Position numbers and translations under genes: made by a program. 64,000 nucleotides of DNA, from contig JAZJZE010000017.1 in assembly GCA_040390065.1 (NCBI GenBank), positions 31,274-95,273 of the forward strand. Direction: 5' to 3'. Origin of the DNA: a bacterium (GTDB taxonomy: Archaea > Thermoplasmatota > E2 > JACPAO01 > JAHFTW01). Below, piece by piece: positions 61,393-64,000 of the stretch. Under the pieces are notes generated by a model, which saw only the letters and a program-made list of their open reading frames with translations, did no database searches and had not been told where the DNA came from. The number at the start of each line of letters is the position of its first letter. Positions within the stretch are counted from its first letter, which is position 1.

Positions 61393-62045
61393 GGGCCGGC
61401 GCCGTCTTCGGAACCTTCGAGGACAAGGGGTTCCTCTGGACCGAGAACAAAGTGCCCGGCCACGCCGTCTACGGCGAACGGTTGCGCAAGTCGATGGGCA
61501 AGGAGTTCCGCAATTGGAACCCGTACCGCAGCAAACTCGCCGCCCTCGTGCGCAGCCGCCCCGACACGCCGTGGTTCGGCGGTCGCGACGATGTGCTGTA
61601 CCTCGGCGCCGCATCGGGCACGACTGTTTCGCACCTGTCCGACATCACCCAGGGACTCATCTACGCCGTCGAATTCTCTCCCCGCAGTGTCCGCGACCTG
61701 TTGTGGAACATGGAGCCGCGCAGCAACGTCGTGCCCATCCTCGAGGACGCCGGAGCGCCCGAGCGGTACGCGGCGTACATCGCCCAGCCCGTCGCCGCCC
61801 TGGTGCAGGACGTGGCCCAGCGCCACCAGGTGGAGATCTTCCTGCGCAACATGCCGTTCGTGCGCAGTGGCGGCCGCGGCTTTCTGATGGTGAAGGCCCG
61901 CAGCATCAACGTCAACGAACCCACCTCCGCCATCTACAGCGAAGTCCGGTCGAAGCTCACCGCGGCCGGGCTCAAGATCGAGGCCGAAGTGGATTTGGCA
62001 CCGTTCGAGACGGACCACTGCGCCTTCGTCGTGAAGAAAAGTTAG
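61389..62045 (+). CDS. flpA: Fibrillarin-like rRNA/tRNA 2'-O-methyltransferase
   Basis: EFRNWNPYRSKLAA, VLYLGAASGTTVSHLSD, YAVEFSPR, and DVAQRHQ. ATGA overlap with nop5. Confidence 0.93.
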   Translation: MRAGAVFGTFEDKGFLWTENKVPGHAVYGERLRKSMGKEFRNWNPYRSKLAALVRSRPDTPWFGGRDDVLYLGAASGTTVSHLSDITQGLIYAVEFSPRSVRDLLWNMEPRSNVVPILEDAGAPERYAAYIAQPVAALVQDVAQRHQVEIFLRNMPFVRSGGRGFLMVKARSINVNEPTSAIYSEVRSKLTAAGLKIEAEVDLAPFETDHCAFVVKKS

Positions 62046-62157
62046 CCCGCGGTTCCTGGCCACCGACGGATTCCTGATCCTCCGAGGGCGGCGGAACACA
62101 GATTGCGACGAATCCGTCACGACACGGGCGTAGGCCCCCGGTCGGGGCGAGGCAGTG

Positions 62158-62310
62158 GTGCGAGCGCATCGGCGCGAGCCTGCCGGGGGTCGCGGGGGCC
62201 GGCAGGCCCCCCGGCGGGGGGAAACGGGCGGGGGGCGGCAGCCCTCCGCCGCGATGTGGCGAGGCGAAGCCGAGGCAGGACATCGCAAATGATCGACCTG
62301 TTTGCAGGTC
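62158..62310 (-). repeat. Three-hairpin module, copy C2 (right arm of inverted pair)
   Basis: The core 62186-62310 is the reverse complement of 59713-59837 with 2 mismatches. The outer ~40 nt are more diverged. Confidence 0.8.
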
Positions 62311-62391
62311 GAGGGGCGGCAGTCCCCCGCCGCGGTGTCGCGAGGCGAAGCCGATGCAAGACACCGCAAATGATCGACCTGTTTGCAGGTC
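62311..62391 (-). repeat. Three-hairpin module, tandem partial copy C3
   Basis: There are 7 differences from the last 81 nt of C2. The stem gcgatgt/acatcgc becomes gcggtgt/acaccgc (a compensatory pair), and the other changes fall in loops. Confidence 0.75.
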
Positions 62392-62430
62392 GGGCGAGGG
62401 CCGCCGGGGGCACTGGCATGCTGCGGGCGG

Positions 62431-62504
62431 CCTGGGAGAACAGGAGCCGGCCTGTGAACCGGAACTCGCTCACCTTCTCTCCACGTGGTTCCTGTTCTCC
62501 CAGG
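62431..62504. repeat. 15-bp perfect inverted repeat (long hairpin) upstream of epimerase gene
   Basis: cctgggagaacagga (62431-62445) and tcctgttctcccagg (62490-62504), separated by a 44-nt spacer. Confidence 0.7.
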
Positions 62505-62559
62505 CCCCCCACTCAGGAACAAGCCGCAAACTCATTGACCCCGCCACCTTCGCCGTGGC

Positions 62560-63504
62560 GTGGACTTGAAGGGCAAGAAGGTCCTGGTCACGGGCGGCGC
62601 CGGCTTCATCGGCAGCCACGCCGTCGACCGGCTCGTCGCGGAAGGCGCGAAGGTCACGGTCCTGGACAACCTCAGCGCGGGCAAGGAGGAATTCCTCGCG
62701 GATTCGCGCAAACGCATCACCTTCGTGAAAGGCGACTGCGGCGACCCGGCGACGCTGGACCGTCTGCTGCCGGGCATCGACGCGGTCTGGCACATGGCGG
62801 CGAACCCCGACGTGCGCAGCGGCGCCACGGACCCGACGCCGCACTACGAACAGAACATCGCCGTCACCTACCGGCTCCTCGAAGGCATGCGACGCCACCG
62901 TGTCCGCCACGTGGCGTTCACGAGCACGAGCACGGTGTACGGCGTCGCCACAATCCTGCCGACGCCGGAAAACTACGGGCCGCTTCTGCCCATCTCCGTC
63001 TACGGCGGGGCCAAACTCGCCTGCGAGGCCATGGTCGCCGCCTACGCGGGCACCTTTGGCCTTGACGCTGTCATGTTCCGCTTCGCCAACGTCGTGGGTC
63101 CGCGCTCGACGCATGGCGTCATCGTGGACTTCGTGCGCAAGCTCAAGGCCGACCCCAAGAAGCTCGACATCCTGGGCGACGGCCGCCAGACGAAGTCCTA
63201 CGTTTCCGTCGCCGACACGGTCGACGCCATGGTCCACGCCACGCGGGTGGCGAAGCCCGGCTGCCACGCATACAACATCGGCAGCGCCGACAGCATCAGC
63301 GTGACCCGCCTGGCCGAGATCGTCTGCGGCGTCTTGCGGGTGAAGCCCAAGTTCGTCTACGCCGGTGGGACGCCCGACGGCGCCGGCTGGAAGGGCGACG
63401 TCAAAGTCATGGCCCTCGCCATCGAGGCGCTCGGCAAGACCGGTTGGCATCCCCGGCACTCCAGCGAGGACGCGGTGCGCATCGCCGCCCAGTCGCTCGT
63501 CTGA
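62560..63504 (+). CDS. NAD-dependent nucleotide-sugar epimerase/dehydratase (extended SDR)
   Basis: VLVTGGAGFIGSH and YGGAKLACE (YxxxK). GTG start. Confidence 0.88.
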   Translation: MDLKGKKVLVTGGAGFIGSHAVDRLVAEGAKVTVLDNLSAGKEEFLADSRKRITFVKGDCGDPATLDRLLPGIDAVWHMAANPDVRSGATDPTPHYEQNIAVTYRLLEGMRRHRVRHVAFTSTSTVYGVATILPTPENYGPLLPISVYGGAKLACEAMVAAYAGTFGLDAVMFRFANVVGPRSTHGVIVDFVRKLKADPKKLDILGDGRQTKSYVSVADTVDAMVHATRVAKPGCHAYNIGSADSISVTRLAEIVCGVLRVKPKFVYAGGTPDGAGWKGDVKVMALAIEALGKTGWHPRHSSEDAVRIAAQSLV

Positions 63505-63578
63505 CCTGACAACAACCTTCAAGTCGCTGGGGCACGAAGCGCGGCGCGTGGGACAAGCCAGGCAAACCGGACCACAAG

Positions 63579-63585
63579 CCTTAGG
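63579..63585 (+). promoter_or_regulatory. TATA-like box ccTTAgg
   Basis: About 28 nt upstream of the ATG at 63610. Confidence 0.3.
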
Positions 63586-63609
63586 CCGGAGCCTCCGGTG
63601 GTGCGCGTG

Positions 63610-64000
63610 ATGGCCCTCCCGGCGCGCCGCCTTGCAGCCGTCGCGGCACTTGCCTTTGTCGCCGTCCTCGCCGTGGATGCCGCGGAGTCGGACCACTACT
63701 TGCCCATCGATGACGGCCGGCAACGCTGCTGGAGCTGCCACTCGAACTGGAACCCCCCGATTCCGGCGGGGCAGGGCGGCCGCTATGCCATCGCCATGAT
63801 CATCCCTCCGCCCGCGGCGGGAGCGGAGCCGGGCAAGGCCTTCGACTACAAGGTGCAGATCCAGAACACGTGGCTGGCGGATGTCACCTTCATGGCCCCG
63901 TCGATCGACTTGACCAACGCCCCGACGCTGCGCTTTGCCGGCGGACACGCCCCGGAAACGTCGACCACGACGATCGCCATCACGCCGAACGCCACCGAGC
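63610..64000 (+). CDS. Secreted protein with CxxCH heme-c motif, 3' end outside window
   Basis: My own translation: MALPARRLAAVAALAFVAVLAVDAAESDHYLPIDDGRQRCWSCHSNWNPP... It is open to the window end and absent from the ORF track because no stop is reached. Confidence 0.55.
   Translation, partial: MALPARRLAAVAALAFVAVLAVDAAESDHYLPIDDGRQRCWSCHSNWNPPIPAGQGGRYAIAMIIPPPAAGAEPGKAFDYKVQIQNTWLADVTFMAPSIDLTNAPTLRFAGGHAPETSTTTIAITPNATE

Noticed and set aside
62067-62120. A C/D-box sRNA just downstream of fibrillarin (7-bp terminal stem cggattc/gaatccg with an internal CTGA).
   Set aside because: No RUGAUGA C box exists on either strand, and the CUGA is at the wrong end relative to the stem. It is more likely a terminator hairpin.

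Overview
This is 64 kb of high-GC archaeal chromosome; hand spot counts give about 77% G+C in a typical gene stretch. The archaeal call rests on FEN1, Nop5 (Nop56/58) plus fibrillarin, archaeal-type PheRS beta, Trm-G10/Trm11, RNase Z, archaeal PPAT and the UPF0200/UPF0201 families. A class II HMG-CoA reductase and many LAGC-lipobox lipoproteins with Thr-rich linkers hint at a Thermoplasmatota-like (marine group II-like) lineage, but that is inference only.

I call 65 CDS (2 partial at the window edges) and 2 tRNA-Thr genes. I saw no rRNA, CRISPR/cas, transposase or integrase.

Gene content:
- Redox and lipid metabolism: FixC-FixX, EtfB-EtfA (EtfA carries a C-terminal ferredoxin domain), acyl-CoA dehydrogenase, and FabI followed by three PAP2 phosphatases, the last fused to a P-loop kinase.
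- Other metabolism: tryptophan 2,3-dioxygenase, a transsulfuration pair, a PPi-type phosphofructokinase, a phosphohexomutase and an ABC-F ATPase.
- Surface proteins: two FG-GAP propeller proteins and a third surface protein with archaeosortase-like C-terminal signals, plus BNR and LVIVD propeller lipoproteins.

Genes are tightly packed with many 1-8 nt overlaps. AT-rich TTAA/TATA-like boxes sit about 25-33 nt upstream of start codons, which suggests leaderless transcripts.

The least ordinary signals are non-genic:
- A dispersed palindromic element built from 9-bp CATCNGTTG units occurs at 9 loci, and one copy is translated in frame inside serS.
- A 125-bp inverted repeat pair with only 2 mismatches brackets the nop5-fibrillarin operon. 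A tandem third copy carries a compensatory stem substitution.
- Related GC-rich hairpin modules occupy other spacers.

There is also a roughly 2 kb low-GC island (50.1-52.3 kb) and several unusual domain fusions. All homology calls come from reading the translated ORFs by eye; no database search was run.
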